41,275 bases of DNA. Source: Nemertoderma westbladi. Its lineage: Eukaryota > Animalia > Xenacoelomorpha. The notes below the pieces were generated by a model. The model did not search any database. It saw only the letters and a program-made list of their open reading frames with translations, and was not told where the DNA came from. A program made the translations under genes and the position numbers. This document shows, piece after piece, positions 24,543 through 36,553 of the stretch. The number at the start of each line of letters is the position of its first letter. Position 1 is the first letter of the stretch. The stretch lies in contig JAUCBJ010003689.1 of assembly GCA_032718475.1 (NCBI GenBank), positions 1 through 41,275 on the forward strand, given 5' to 3'.

Positions 24543-25179
24543 CCGCTCCCAGAAAATGGGATTTAAGTCTATAAAATATAACAAATCACAGTTTCTAAAA
24601 TATAAAGATACTCTAAACAGTTAGTCTTTCTTACGCAGACGGCGTTTACGCAGTTTTTGAGGCTAGCAAGAGTCCTTTTCTCTTTGGGGCGAGCCACTTT
24701 ACTAGGAGGGCTATAAATCCTGGGTGAAGGGTGCAATATGATTGCATCAGAAGGTGTAGGATTATGGTCGGGGTATCCGCCGTTTCGATATGCTTCTCCT
24801 CGAGCTGATTTTCCTCCGCTCGTAGCTGGATACGTTCATCCAAAACTCTCGCAGAGAATAGGGTTTTCTAAGCTTGATATCTTCTTAGAGATTCGAGATT
24901 TCCCAATCGAACTGAGATAAGGCCAATTCGTTTATCGATTGGACTTACTGTTATAACTTACGTTTATCTGAACAAACGCAGGTTTCTTGTTTGATCTTTA
25001 TAGAATAGCGTTTAACTCGTTTCGTACAACGCTCTCCTTCACCTTGATGAAGGGTTGTATCGCGTTAAACGGGAACGACCATACGGTTGGATAGTGATAT
25101 TAGGTGTCCGCGTCACAATCCGGCTAGGTAAGATGGGCGGCTAGCTAGAAATCACTGTCGGAGTGTTACCGATTAATTG

Positions 25180-25803
25180 TTAGGGTAGCACTAGATCTTT
25201 GAACAGTGAGTACAGCTCGGGAGGATCCGTCATACTAATAGGATCAAGAGTCTGAGGTCTCACTAGGGAATTAGGAGTTCTGATCGAGTATTCCGAAACT
25301 CTGATCATTGGTTTATTTAAGGATCGTCTGAGTCGAACGAGCGTAGGTGATACATTGAACAAGTTTCGCTCGAAACTCCCGTAAGTATAGCGAGTAAAAC
25401 CGTGTTTAAAGCAACGTCTCCGCGGATGTTTATGTGTTTCCGTTTGTTGGTTGGGTCTTGGGCATTCATCGCAATAATACCCAAAAACGTACGTCTTGTA
25501 GGGGAAACGCGAGTGATCTTTCTCCAGCTTACAATATTCCTCCATCCGTTCGAAGCTATTCGGTACAACAGGTAGCGGTCGATCGGCGGTAAGATACATC
25601 ATAGGGGAATCGAGCCGTTTGAGTTCTACCATGCGGTCATGATGTATACCTTGAGGATATCGAGTTTCTAGATTTTGTTGACTGGCAATATTGAGATATG
25701 TTTCTATCAGGAATTCCAGATAATCGTTGAAGTCGCTGCGTTTATCCGGCTCCTCAACGTCTTCTCTTTCGAGTCTGTTTCGAATAGAATTCTCGTGTTC
25801 CAT
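25180..25803 (-). CDS. Unknown 207-aa ORF inside the retroelement, in the env position
   Basis: ATG-initiated open frame on the same strand as gag. It is hydrophilic with a CxxC...HxH...C..H cluster and no evident signal peptide or TM segment. Confidence 0.55.
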   Translation of the reverse strand: MEHENSIRNRLEREDVEEPDKRSDFNDYLEFLIETYLNIASQQNLETRYPQGIHHDRMVELKRLDSPMMYLTADRPLPVVPNSFERMEEYCKLEKDHSRFPYKTYVFGYYCDECPRPNQQTETHKHPRRRCFKHGFTRYTYGSFERNLFNVSPTLVRLRRSLNKPMIRVSEYSIRTPNSLVRPQTLDPISMTDPPELYSLFKDLVLP

Positions 25804-26114
25804 TCTCGGTTTATCGTTCCGCCTCCGCTGGGTAGGATATGTTCGACATAGTCCGTATCGTGTAAATCGATAGAATGGTCAATGGTTAAGAAGTCCATAT
25901 ACATACCATTACAATGCGTGTAGCGAGCGGTGAATTTTCCATAGTCCAATTCACGCGTAAGTTACTTCCAGGAAATCGTAGGTTCGATATAACAACCATC
26001 ATCCTTCGTAGTAGTTGGACTAGTATCACCGCGTATCAAGCTATCAACAAACGCTTGAAAAGGTAGAATATATCTCTCCCTGATACCAAGATCATCTTCT
26101 ATTAATTCAGTCAT
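25707..26114 (-). pseudogene. Second unknown extra ORF (about 135 codons) with one internal stop
   Basis: The ATG at 26114 (MTELIEDDLGIRERYILPF...) is in frame with the tracked ORF 25949-25707 and is interrupted by a single TAA at 25964-25962. Confidence 0.4.
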
Positions 26115-26944
26115 ATCTGCTATACGAGTTCACCAATATTATAATGAGTTTATATATTTATTAGGCGAGCGGGCGTCGCTGCCTACTTCTCCCTTGCCCC
26201 CGGACAGTATGAGATTCTCAGCGCCGATGTACCGCTGTCGCTATACTTTCGCCAACGACGTAGCCGTACAACGACAACGATAACCGGCACAAGTCACTCA
26301 ACTGTCCGTCCCAAAGGCTTAGATGTACTTCAGGTTTTCCTTGGAGAGTTAGGTTACTTTTACGATTGCGACTAGCTACTGTAAACACACTTTAGCAGTA
26401 ACATTCACCTATAAACTCACAAATACCACACAACTGGTCACAACTACGCACATTCGGGCCATTTGTCCGTTAGTCAATGCCTTCCAGAATGTCACTGTAT
26501 TATTATGTATCCTTGGATACTAGCAGTGCGCTATTTATTCCCTATGCTATTCAATGGGACAAGCTTTCTATTGTTCTTTTAACTCAATTCTAATTCTAGC
26601 GTGGTTGTTGCTATGGTGACATTATGGAAAGCTAGCGGTAGAATTAGGGTAATTCCAATGCATACAGATCTGGGATGTTATTTAATAGTATTCTTTAATA
26701 GTCAATGTCCTGTTCTATACATGACTTTATAAATTTTATCGGCTATTGACTAGGTCGGGGAGACTTTCGCACACTCATACGCATAATAAGATAAATCTCC
26801 GCTCCCTTGATCTATTAATTAATGGAATTTTGGGAATGTTATAAATTGCGTAAGAATGGCAATTTATTAAATTCATTAAAAGGCATGAATTTAAATTTGT
26901 TCCCTGAAATTTTATTATTTGATAATTAAATTGACATATTTTGA

Positions 26945-27250
26945 TTCTAGAACATGTCTAGGGACACAAGATCCTTAATTCTATGACAATTGTCTTTTTA
27001 AGAATATCGGTAAATGCTACGATATCTTAATTGACTAGAATTGTTGAAGGATCTGAATTTTACAGATTTTGATTTATTAGATTTGCAAATATTAAATAAT
27101 TAATATTTGAGATGGGCACCAATTTATTCCAGAACTTGTCTGGGGACGTTAACCACTGATTCTAAAATTTGTCTTTCAAGTATATCGGTGGGTGCCGCGA
27201 TATCTTAATCGACTAGAATTGCAGATGGTCAAAGGGTTTAACAGATTTAT
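26945..27250. repeat. Diverged direct duplication, period about 182 bp
   Basis: TTCYAGAACWTGTCT...GATATCTTAATYGACTAGAATTG starts at 26945 and again at 27127. Confidence 0.65.
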
Positions 27251-27762
27251 GTGCGTTTTACGCTACTGTTAGAGGGACATCACGCTACTATATGTATTAT
27301 TATATACGGTATGAGAGCAATATCGCACGAAGCAATGTCAGTGTGAAGAGGCAAGTCGTTTCCAAGGTCTACCCAGAGCTTGGTTTAGCCGAGACACGAG
27401 GATCTGAACTTTGCATTCCTAATACTCTGCCTACCAATAATACTTAAATATAGTAGTGGCTTTATTGTACTTTAATAAGTACGGACATTTCATCTTACTG
27501 TAGTCACGTATTTATAATATGATACGGACAGTAAGGAAAGAGGAAAAGAATTATTTCTTGCCGTCGCATTAAATATAATATATACGTAATTAAGTAATAA
27601 ACGCGAATATATATTGCACTGATCTACTAAATAATCGCTAAAATAACATTCTACTGAATTAAATAAAACGATTATAATAAAATTACGTAGTAATACATAC
27701 ATAAATATAAAAATAATAAAATAATATAAAATAATAGAGTCACACACCCACTCCATATGTTG

Positions 27763-29421
27763 TTACGTTATGGAGTCCCTAGATGTTTGAAGGATTAGGG
27801 AGGTGGTCGTGGGAAGAGAATCTTGCCTTCCACAGTTTCCGGAGAGTCCTCCATTCCCTTCCGGTAAACACAAACGACCAGCTGGGCGATTGAGTCGCTG
27901 CATCCCGAATACAATTCCAGGTTTCCTCTTCGTCCTGGAATAGTGACGATAGAAACATCGCTCTAGGTACACGACGGCCTTACAAAGCCGATTCCAGGAA
28001 CTATAGTGGTCCGTCGCTCCCTGCAGGAGAGGTGAGAGTCCCTGCGAGACGTCTGATGTTCCAGAGCTCCAATCGCTCTCTCTGATCTTCATGAAGGATC
28101 CACTCGCGGTGGGGAGGTCCAGATCCACGGCGTCGTCCCTGGCAATATGTAATACCGACAGATCTATCCCGGGTTCAAATAACTCCGCTCCACCCGTCCG
28201 GGTTTTAGGTTTGACTTTCTCCGCTCCCTTGGCTGGTCTAATCTCAGTCGGAGTAAGATGGGGAGGCCATTCATCCTCCTTACTCAGGAAGTCGGGTTCA
28301 CCTAACCGGTCTGTAGTATCTGTCAGTTCTTGAGGAGTTGCTCCTCTGGAAGCGATGTCAGTTGGATTAAACTTCTTGGGGCAATATCTCCATTGATCTA
28401 CATTGGAGTTAAGATTGTCATTATCTGAGGAGTGTGGTGTTCCCTCAGTTGGGTCGTCTCCCTCACTAGCATCGTCTTCCCATTCACTCACCTGGCAGAC
28501 GCGATCTTGAAGCAGTCTTTCCCTGAGCGTTCTACGGGAAGGTCCAGTAAGGTACCAACCTACTCTAGTTCTTACCGCATAGGTCTGAAGTGGTTGCGGT
28601 TGAGCAGGTCGTTTCTCCAATGTCTCCAGCGCCTCATGCGCGTTTTGACCGATTAATATTTGTACTCCAGGATAATCGGTGTCGAATCTAGGAATGTTAA
28701 GTTGTTGGGCATGATCATCTTCGTCCCAATTATAAGGTTCCACTTGGGTGGTAGCGAAGTTCTTTATTGCCACCATTTTTACTGACCTTATACTGTATTC
28801 TCCTAGTTTATCCTGTGGAGTGGACAACTCACCTATATAATAGTCGGCAGCTACAGTAGAATTCCAAACCTGCATGATCCCTGACATGTTTAGCTTGGTT
28901 CGGAACTTGGGTTGTCCAGCAAAGATGACTTCGGCTAGTTCTTTATCGATGAATGTTCCTGTGCTACCGGAGTCCAGGAGGGCGTTCACTATATAGCTCT
29001 TCTGAGGTCCGTGGACCCGTAACTGGACTACAGGAAATTCTCGGATTCCTATATTGGAAGTTGGCGCTTTCCAAGATGGTTGTTGATCTGAAGTAGTTAG
29101 GGTGAGGTCGCTGTCTGTGTCTTTCTCATACATGAGTGCTCGATACACTGCGGTGGTGTTTATTAAGTAACAGGATTCGTTTTCGTCGGAGAACTCGTCC
29201 GTATAGAATCCTTCCATCTCAGATTGATCAGTGTCGTTCACATCACTGAATTGGACATGTAGTTCGGACTCACTTACCTGACTCGGGCTGTTTCGTTCGA
29301 ATTCCGTGTGCAACAAGATATGATGTTTTGCGCCGCACTTTGCACACCTTGCGTCGGAGTAACAGGTTCGCCGTTGGTGTCCTCGTCTGAGGCAATTATA
29401 ACACAACCGCTTATCCCACAT
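27763..29421 (-). pseudogene. Bel/Pao gag Zn knuckles and aspartic protease fused to the RNase H tail; RT and integrase absent
   Basis: CYNCLRRGHQRRTC...CAKCGAKHHILLH, then ALLDSGS, ILIGQ and TRVGWYLTGP, followed shortly by WRYCPKKFNPTDIASRG and YSSWNRL. No YVDD-type RT motif and no integrase. Confidence 0.88.
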
Positions 29422-29461
29422 GACTTAACGTCTATCCTTTAGTGATTTCCTCAGGAATTTA

Positions 29462-30613
29462 TCACACGCATTTGAAACGGTGGGGCCCGTCGCACAGCAC
29501 ACATTTCGGCTTGATGTTACTTACTTTAACCTGTGCTATGTGGTGCACACTTGTTCTTTCCTCGGGCTTTCTCACCTGAATTCTTTTAGGAGACGTAGGA
29601 AGGGTTTTTTGTACCGGTTCCCTTCTGTCATTGGGTCGAGACTCAGATTTACTTACCTGATCTTTAGGCATTTTATTGACATAATAAGATCTGTCAGTGT
29701 CTTTCCCGCTGTCCTCTCCTTGAGAAGTTTGGCTTTCACCGTCGTCAGTATAACATACTGGTGTTACCCTTCTCCTAGAAACGGGTTTCTCACTTACCTT
29801 ACTTTCCGCTGTCTTCTCTCTGGACTGCTTTATGAGCTGTAATTTCACCTCGCTATCCAAGAATGACATGAGATCAGCCATGGTAGGGTCTCGTTGTTGT
29901 TGTTCCATCATATATAACACCTTCTTGTCCCAGCGTGTACCTACTCCACCCTTGGGCAAAGTAGATGCTAAGGCTCCTACAACCATAGAATTATGGTATT
30001 CATGAGACTTACCTAACCAATCTAGTTGTCTACAGATCTCCTGAATCTCATCGGAAAACTCTATAATCCCGCTGCTAAGAAACTTTCGGGGCGCCATTAA
30101 TTTCGCATATAAATACCTAGCTATGTTAGTCCTATTACCATACCTGATGTTTAGTGTATCCCAAACTTGTCTTAATCCATCTGGATGTCCAATAAATTTT
30201 AACGCCATTGACTTGGGAGATCCTTCCAAGCACTCGATGAGGAATCTAAGTTTCTCTCCATTAGATAGCACAGAGTTCTGTATGTTATCTTTGTAATATT
30301 CATTAAAAGGTAACCATTTCATCTCATCTCCATTGAACTTGACGATCTCTCCCACCTTTACCGCTTGCCGGGCTTCGGTTCTAGCCATTTGACGCGTAAA
30401 ACTTTCTTGGGCCATCGTGTTATTTAATATCGAGTTATCGGTATATAAATTTCTCGGATTATGATCCGGTCTATAGGGAATATCATTATCAACAGGTTTA
30501 TAATTACCCTTAATAGGGTTCACTATAGGAGTTTCTACTTCGCTAGCAGTATAGATGCGTGTAGGCTCCACACCTTGCGCATGAGATACTTCAGACCTAA
30601 CAGGTTGACACAT
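29462..30613 (-). pseudogene. Bel/Pao gag core (DUF1759-like) with the first Zn knuckle, frameshifted
   Basis: KFNGDEMKWLPF...EKLRFLIECLEG...VWDTLNIRYG and CVLCDGPH. A frameshift and a stop separate it from the downstream ORF. Confidence 0.85.
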
Positions 30614-30615
30614 TG

Positions 30616-32295
30616 TTAAAGGGGTGGTGGTATACCCTTTTGTAAATTTACTAATTTATCACGTTCTAGCGCGATATTTTGCTGCACTTCTTGCAACTCT
30701 AGTCTACTTTCCCTTACTGTGCCCTTGAATTGCTGAACAGTCTCCTGCATCTGCCCGAGCAGGAGATCCATCCCCCGCCGTCTCTCGTCCACCCATTCGA
30801 CCGCAGAAGCGGGAGTCGCCAACGTTGTAGCGGGCGGACGAGGGACAACGGGCGACAAATCAGGAATATTTCGCTCGGGGTCCAGGACTTGAACTGTCTC
30901 CTGGGCAGTTCTACGGGGCACAGGTAGCTTAGTGCTATGCAGAGGGAATTTAGAGGTAACTTCAGGGAGTACAGGTGTATCTATCACCGAAGGGGTGATT
31001 TCGAGAACAGGCCTAAATATTTCAGGCTCATCTACTATAGTAGGGAGTCTTTCTATTTTAATTATTTGGTCTGTGGGTTCTGTACTGCCTAAGTTGGTGT
31101 TATTTAGTTGCCTTCTAACAGCTGGAGGCAAATCAGGCAATTTCTGACGGTGGAATGTTCTTTTACGTCTGCTTAGACGAGATCTATTTCCTTTGCCTTC
31201 AGTATCGGTGGTATCGCCTTCCTCAGATGATGTATAACCTTGTCTTTTGGGAGTAGATCGATTCATCATCTGCATATTACTAGCTGTTAACTGTTTATTT
31301 ATGCAGTCTTGATTCTCTTGAAGATTTTCCAACTCCAGTTGGGTGATCTCTTCAGCCGCTCTCCGTTCTGCTTCCGCCACCGCTGCCGCTTTTGCCTCTG
31401 CCGCTGCCGCTTTTGCCTCTGCCGCTGCCGCTTTTGCCTTTGCCTCGGCTTCTGCTTTTGCCTCTGCCGCTGCCGCTTTTGCCTTTGCCTCGGCTTCTGC
31501 TTTTGCCTCTGCCGCTGCCGCTTTTGCCTTTGCCTCGGCTTCTGCTGCTGCCGCTTTTGCCTCTGCCACTGCTTCTGCCAAGGTCGCTTTTCTTTCTGCC
31601 TCTGCCACGGCTGCTATCTTTCTGTCTTCTATACGTTTTTTCCTTACTTGTTCTTCCTTTTCTCTAGCGATGCGGAGTTGTTCATCGAATTTAGCTTGAT
31701 TCGCCGCTAACATTTCCGCATCGATTGCGTCCAGCACAAGCTTGGTTCCTTCACTATTAGGGCTAAGCCCCTCCAGCCTTCTCCTCAACTCGTCATCACC
31801 TAAAAAACGTTGATAGTCTGACAGATAGATGTCAATGGCATCTCTCTTTCGCGGCCCCTCCGCTGTCCCTTCGCTTTCTTCTTGAGAAGAAGTGGCGTCG
31901 GTTGATTCTTCATAGGTTGGCCGTTCATCATAAACCGTATCCGCCATCTTCGCTCCGCGTTCGGGCATCCGCTCAACAGTATCCGAACTACTGGAGCTCT
32001 CGGGCCGCTGAGAACTAGGTTCTTGGCTAGGAGGTTGCTGCTGTTTGGCAGCTGCTTCTTGATCCCGCTTAACTTGGGCCCGAGTACCGATGATAGACCT
32101 ACGGCGCTTCACTAACTTCGCGAATTGCGAAATTGCTTCTACTAACCTAGGTTCTGACACAGCTACTGTAGGGGTTGTCTTTCTTACAGTAGGAGGAGTT
32201 TCAGACCTCGGTCTGGGATTCTCTATACTCCTATCTGATAAACAGACTGTTGTTTCTAGGAGACTATCTGACAGAGTTTGCCTTGTGTCAGACAT
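30616..32295 (-). CDS. N-terminal gag region, or a separate upstream ORF, with an Ala/Glu/Lys-rich helical repeat
   Basis: 559-aa ORF that stops 2 nt before the gag-core ATG, in a different frame. It contains AEAEAKAKAAAAEAK repeats encoded by 45-bp and 21-bp tandem units at about 31370-31610. Confidence 0.65.
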   Translation of the reverse strand: MSDTRQTLSDSLLETTVCLSDRSIENPRPRSETPPTVRKTTPTVAVSEPRLVEAISQFAKLVKRRRSIIGTRAQVKRDQEAAAKQQQPPSQEPSSQRPESSSSSDTVERMPERGAKMADTVYDERPTYEESTDATSSQEESEGTAEGPRKRDAIDIYLSDYQRFLGDDELRRRLEGLSPNSEGTKLVLDAIDAEMLAANQAKFDEQLRIAREKEEQVRKKRIEDRKIAAVAEAERKATLAEAVAEAKAAAAEAEAKAKAAAAEAKAEAEAKAKAAAAEAKAEAEAKAKAAAAEAKAAAAEAKAAAVAEAERRAAEEITQLELENLQENQDCINKQLTASNMQMMNRSTPKRQGYTSSEEGDTTDTEGKGNRSRLSRRKRTFHRQKLPDLPPAVRRQLNNTNLGSTEPTDQIIKIERLPTIVDEPEIFRPVLEITPSVIDTPVLPEVTSKFPLHSTKLPVPRRTAQETVQVLDPERNIPDLSPVVPRPPATTLATPASAVEWVDERRRGMDLLLGQMQETVQQFKGTVRESRLELQEVQQNIALERDKLVNLQKGIPPPL

Positions 32296-32409
32296 GTTTA
32301 TGTGTACAGTTGGATGCCTACTGCTATATTACAGTCTAAGCAAGTCTAGTAATTCAGTATTAACTGCTAGCCTAGTAATTAATTACCGATACTGCTACTC
32401 AGCGTAGCG

Positions 32410-32810
32410 TGATATATATAATATATTAGAATACCGGTATGCTTATAGTATATATAAGTATTATTACAGACTAGTTTTATCACAGAATACCGGTATAATT
32501 TTAGCACAAATATATATAAATATATAATAGGCCTATCGGGAATACCGGTATACAGCTTACAGTTTGTAGCATATATAAGTATAATTCTGGACTAGAATTA
32601 ATTATAAAGTACCGGTATAATTTCAGCCTAAATTTATAGAAATAAAGACAATAGGCCTGTCGTAAATACCGGTATGCAGTTTACACTTATAGTGTATATA
32701 TATAAGTATAATTACAAACTAGAATTAATTACAGAATACCGGTATGATTTCAACCTAAAATTTATAGAAATAAATATAATAAGCCTATTGTAAATACCGG
32801 TATATCAATT
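32410..32810. repeat. Degenerate tandem array with seven TACCGGTA palindromes
   Basis: TACCGGTA at 32432, 32488, 32543, 32610, 32667, 32737 and 32795. Alternating units give a dimer period of about 125 bp. Confidence 0.8.
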
Positions 32811-33744
32811 ATTTTAAATAACTGAATTTCTGAATTTTAAGGGTTACTTGGTTACCTTAACTTACTTTATTGCCGTTATTTAAGCAGTAGTCCAACTGAT
32901 ATTGAGACCTAATGGTTGTAGGGTAGGCCTACTATTTATAAATCGTTAGATTTGATTTATAATATATATATACCCGTTTTAATGGGTTTTGTCAATGTTT
33001 GAAATAAATGTTATTATTTCTGGGGAGTAGTCACTACACAAAGCGGTGCGCTTTCAGTGAAGTGTTACTTATAGGACACTAAAACAAATAATTCTAATTT
33101 ACCTAAGTTACTTAATACTACAAATTACGTACGATTCGGGTTGAGATTACAATCTCTAAATAAACACAAAAATTTACAAAAAACACAAAATACGAATTTT
33201 TAGGGTAATTTTACAAGAAGTCTACAAACCAGCCTAACAAAGGGTTAGAATATCTGGTTATTACAACGGACAGGGTACTACGGTATTTGAAAATAATAAG
33301 TAGTAGTAAATATACTGCGTTGTCCAGATAGGAAAATACCACCGCCTGACGACCTATAGCCGTATCGCTATAGGTACTACGTTATGTATCACGGAGTGTT
33401 CCTACCTAGAAGTTAATAGAGCTAATCGAACGTGCCTATCAACCACCTTACAACACAAATATAATGCCTACACTAATTACTCTTGGAAAGCACTGTACAC
33501 TAAACCCTAAATTAGGTACGAGTACTTGTACAACAGATAATCAGTAGTTAAATATACTTGAACAGCTAAAAGAACCACGGCATCTGCTGGAGTGACCGGT
33601 GCACAAAATCACCAGTCTTTACCTACGCCAAGCAGCCCGTGTAGTACCGGGGTTAATTTAACTATAGCGGTATGTATAACAAACACAATTACTGTAGGAA
33701 CAAACTTGGGGAATGAATGTTGCGGATAATCGCATAAACTCTGA

Positions 33745-34320
33745 ATAATAAATATTACGCTACGCGTACAAACCACTCAAACAAAATGCAGACCAAACGC
33801 TGACAGACTACTATCAAGCCTAAATAAACTACAGGACATGCAGACTCCGAAATGATTAGGTAGTATGCGTTCTAACCCAGTAGTACGACTTATTCTTTAG
33901 TTGGGGGTTTACCTTACAGCATTCGCTGCCCCTACTTCCTAACCGTTCTTTATCGGACAAGTGATCTACACACGCTGCAATCCGTTCAGACCTAATAACA
34001 GCCAGACAACTATCCAGCCTACAAATTATCTAAATAAATATTATACGCTACCCGTACAGACTTACACAAACAAAGTACAGACTCAACGATGGCAGACTAC
34101 TCTCAAGCCTAAATAAACTACAGGACATGCAGACTCCGAAATGATTAGGTAGTATGCGTTCTAACCCAGTAGTACGACTTATTCTTTAGTTGGGGGTTTA
34201 CCTTACAGCATTCGCTGCCCCTACTTCCTAACCGTTCTTTATCGGACAGATGATCTACACACACTGCAATCCGTTCAGACTTAACAACAATCAGACAACA
34301 GCTCAGCCTACAAATTGTCT
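33745..34320. repeat. Tandem duplication in the element leader, period about 289 bp
   Basis: ACAGGACATGCAGACTCCGAAATGATTAGG...CTTTATCGGACA is identical at 33831 and 34120. Confidence 0.9.
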
Positions 34321-34494
34321 GTACAATCTGATCAGGCTTACACGCCTTCTGTTCAATACTGGCCTACAAATAAATAAAACTTGACAGAAACAAGTAAACT
34401 ATACAAAAGAATGAGGGGTGATCAATCCCTATTCCCCTGGCAGCCTACAGTATACAATAATCAAATCGAATAATACTAATGTACTTATACTGGA

Positions 34495-34640
34495 AGTACC
34501 GGTTAGGACAGTTGGGCCTACGGACCTACAGAAGTACCGGTTCTGGCAGTTGGACCTACGGGCCTACAGCAGTACCGGTTCTGGCAGTTGGGCCTACTGA
34601 CCTACAGATGTACCGTTCAGGTTTACCGGTTGACCGGTAC
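34495..34640. repeat. About 38-bp tandem repeat (GTACCGGTTCTGGCAGTTGGGCCTACGGACCTACAG-like) next to the LTR boundary
   Basis: Three to four diverged copies are visible. Confidence 0.75.
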
Positions 34641-34685
34641 TTTCAACTTTATTGCTTACTGCAATAAAGAAGCTATATCCGTTAT

Positions 34686-34735
34686 TGTTCGCGCTTTCAG
34701 ACCTTTGGCAGTTTAACCCGCCAAATTAGGATGTC
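34686..34735 (-). repeat. 50-bp stub of the original 5' LTR (U5 end)
   Basis: Identical to 23318-23367 (TGTTCGCGCTTTCAGACC...AGGATGTC). Confidence 0.9.
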
Positions 34736-34739
34736 AAAT

Positions 34740-35328
34740 CAGTTTATTGTGAAATTAATTAAATTATTCTGGAACATCACCAATTTGCTACTTACTTTTT
34801 CCTCCTGTTCCTTTTGTTACGCTTTTGTTATGCAAATTTACGCAGAATTTCCATGAATAAACATATGATCCGCAAAATAAAATTTTATAGACTTTTTTTT
34901 GGTCATTAACAAGGTAATATAAAATCCAAAATATGTGGTTCGGATTGATTGCGAAATACTTATGGGTTTTTTGCTAGATTAACTCGACTACTGCTGCACC
35001 AGTAAGTCGCACTCGCACCCCATCCATTCTTTATACGGTACTTTTTGTGGTCTTGTGGTATCAAAGAGAAAATATCAACATTTTGGTAGATAAATATCTG
35101 AGATACGATCGCAAGCGTAAATGGCAATTTTTGCACTGCGTGTATTTACAAAATTTTTTGAAACTCACTTTTTATATTATTTAAACTATTTAGAATTTGT
35201 TACAAAGCCCTTTGATAATAAATAATGCTATACAGTTTGCGAGCTGACACCAGCTACTTTTTCGACAAATAATATATTTTTTATAGATTTTATAGACAGT
35301 GTTATAGACATGTTATCGCCTCTCTACA
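34740..35328. repeat. Duplicate of host flank 22729-23317, including the CTACA target site
   Basis: 589-bp direct copy at offset 12011, with one substitution seen. Confidence 0.92.
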
Positions 35329-36553
35329 TGTTCGCGCTTTCAGACCTTTGGCAGTTTAACCCGCCAAATTAGGATTTCTTCTAGATAATAATTCGCCTTT
35401 AGCCTATGACAAGTATTTGATTCACTACACTAGTCGAAACCAATCTGTGCGCGATCATTCACCCGCTGGATATACCCGGGAGATTGGGTTCGACGGCTTA
35501 ATCTTATTGCTATATAAGCCTACTGTATTATTCGACTGATCGTATTATATAATCTCTGACAATATTATTCACCTTCGGGAATATTAACAGTTCCTTTAGG
35601 ACGTGGCGCTCTATCTATATAAACAGAGTTATGACTTAAACTACTCACAACGATATGGCTTAGTTATAATTCACATATATGGCGCATTCTTTAGGAAATG
35701 CTTCGTTATCAGTCTCACTCATACACAATGCTGCACAATACTGCACACTAATCTGCCGATCTTCACTGATTTTAGTCACATATAAAAGGAACACGGACCG
35801 AATCATGTAGGGTCTATCAAATAACATTAGATTCACTTCAAACCACTTTAACATAAGTCACAATTGTTATATGTAACCCTTCTCTCTTACCTTCGGTATA
35901 TCAAGAATATTGGGTTTCGGGGTTATTTATCGTTATTCCAAATATAATAATTCATCAACCATATTATGAAGAACTGACAGTAAATAGCAGTATAAAAATA
36001 TAAAGTATGCACAGGTTGTTTGATTAGGTATGGTATGTTATGTTGTGATAAATGCAGATAACGGATATATGTCCTTATAATTAAGCCTACTAGTGTAGGG
36101 CTAAAGCCGTTCTTCCTGGCTTAGAATCACCAACAACACTAAAAACTGATAAGAATAACTATAAGAATACCAGCTACCCTTATTCTACAAAGATCTCACC
36201 CACCACAGAGAATGAGCATACAGATAGGAAATTCAGTTCAGTAGATCTGTGATAGGTCAAAATCAAAACCAACTCAAATCCTATTGGCAGATACAGCAAG
36301 CAGGGCTATGGGGCAACGTGGCAATATCAGCCGTTAGCCGTCGACATGGTAGCGACACTGTTTTCAAGATTATCGAGCTTTTTACGTCACGAAATTACAG
36401 ATTATGTCCTCTAAAGTACAAATACAGAAGAAATGGCTTTTATGTCCTCCAAAACACCAGTACAGCAAGGACACGGCCTTTTTATGCTTGGTAAACCAAC
36501 CACAGAGTACTTTACGGGGATAATAACCGGCTAATTACGCAAAAGCTTTTACA
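35329..36553 (-). repeat. Complete LTR copy at the 5' side, bounded by CTACA on both sides like a solo LTR
   Basis: CTACA|TGTTCG...TTTTACA|CTACA. Confidence 0.92.

Larger units (their letters stand above)
23318..36553 (-). mobile_element. Bel/Pao LTR retrotransposon, internally deleted and non-autonomous
   Basis: 1225-bp LTRs with TG...CA ends, a 5-bp TSD CTACA (23313-23317 and 36554-36558), and a PPT-like GGGAGCGG before the 3' LTR. Gag, triple Zn knuckle, protease and RNase H tail motifs are of Bel/Pao type. Confidence 0.9.

Noticed and set aside
22729-24543. An LTR of 1815 bp
   Set aside because: TG...CA ends, the CTACA TSD and the stub at 34686 place the true LTR boundary at 23318. The extra 589 bp is duplicated host flank.
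31309-31710. Plus-strand Cys-, Ala- and Leu/Pro-rich ORFs
   Set aside because: Antisense shadows of the AEAKA repeat.
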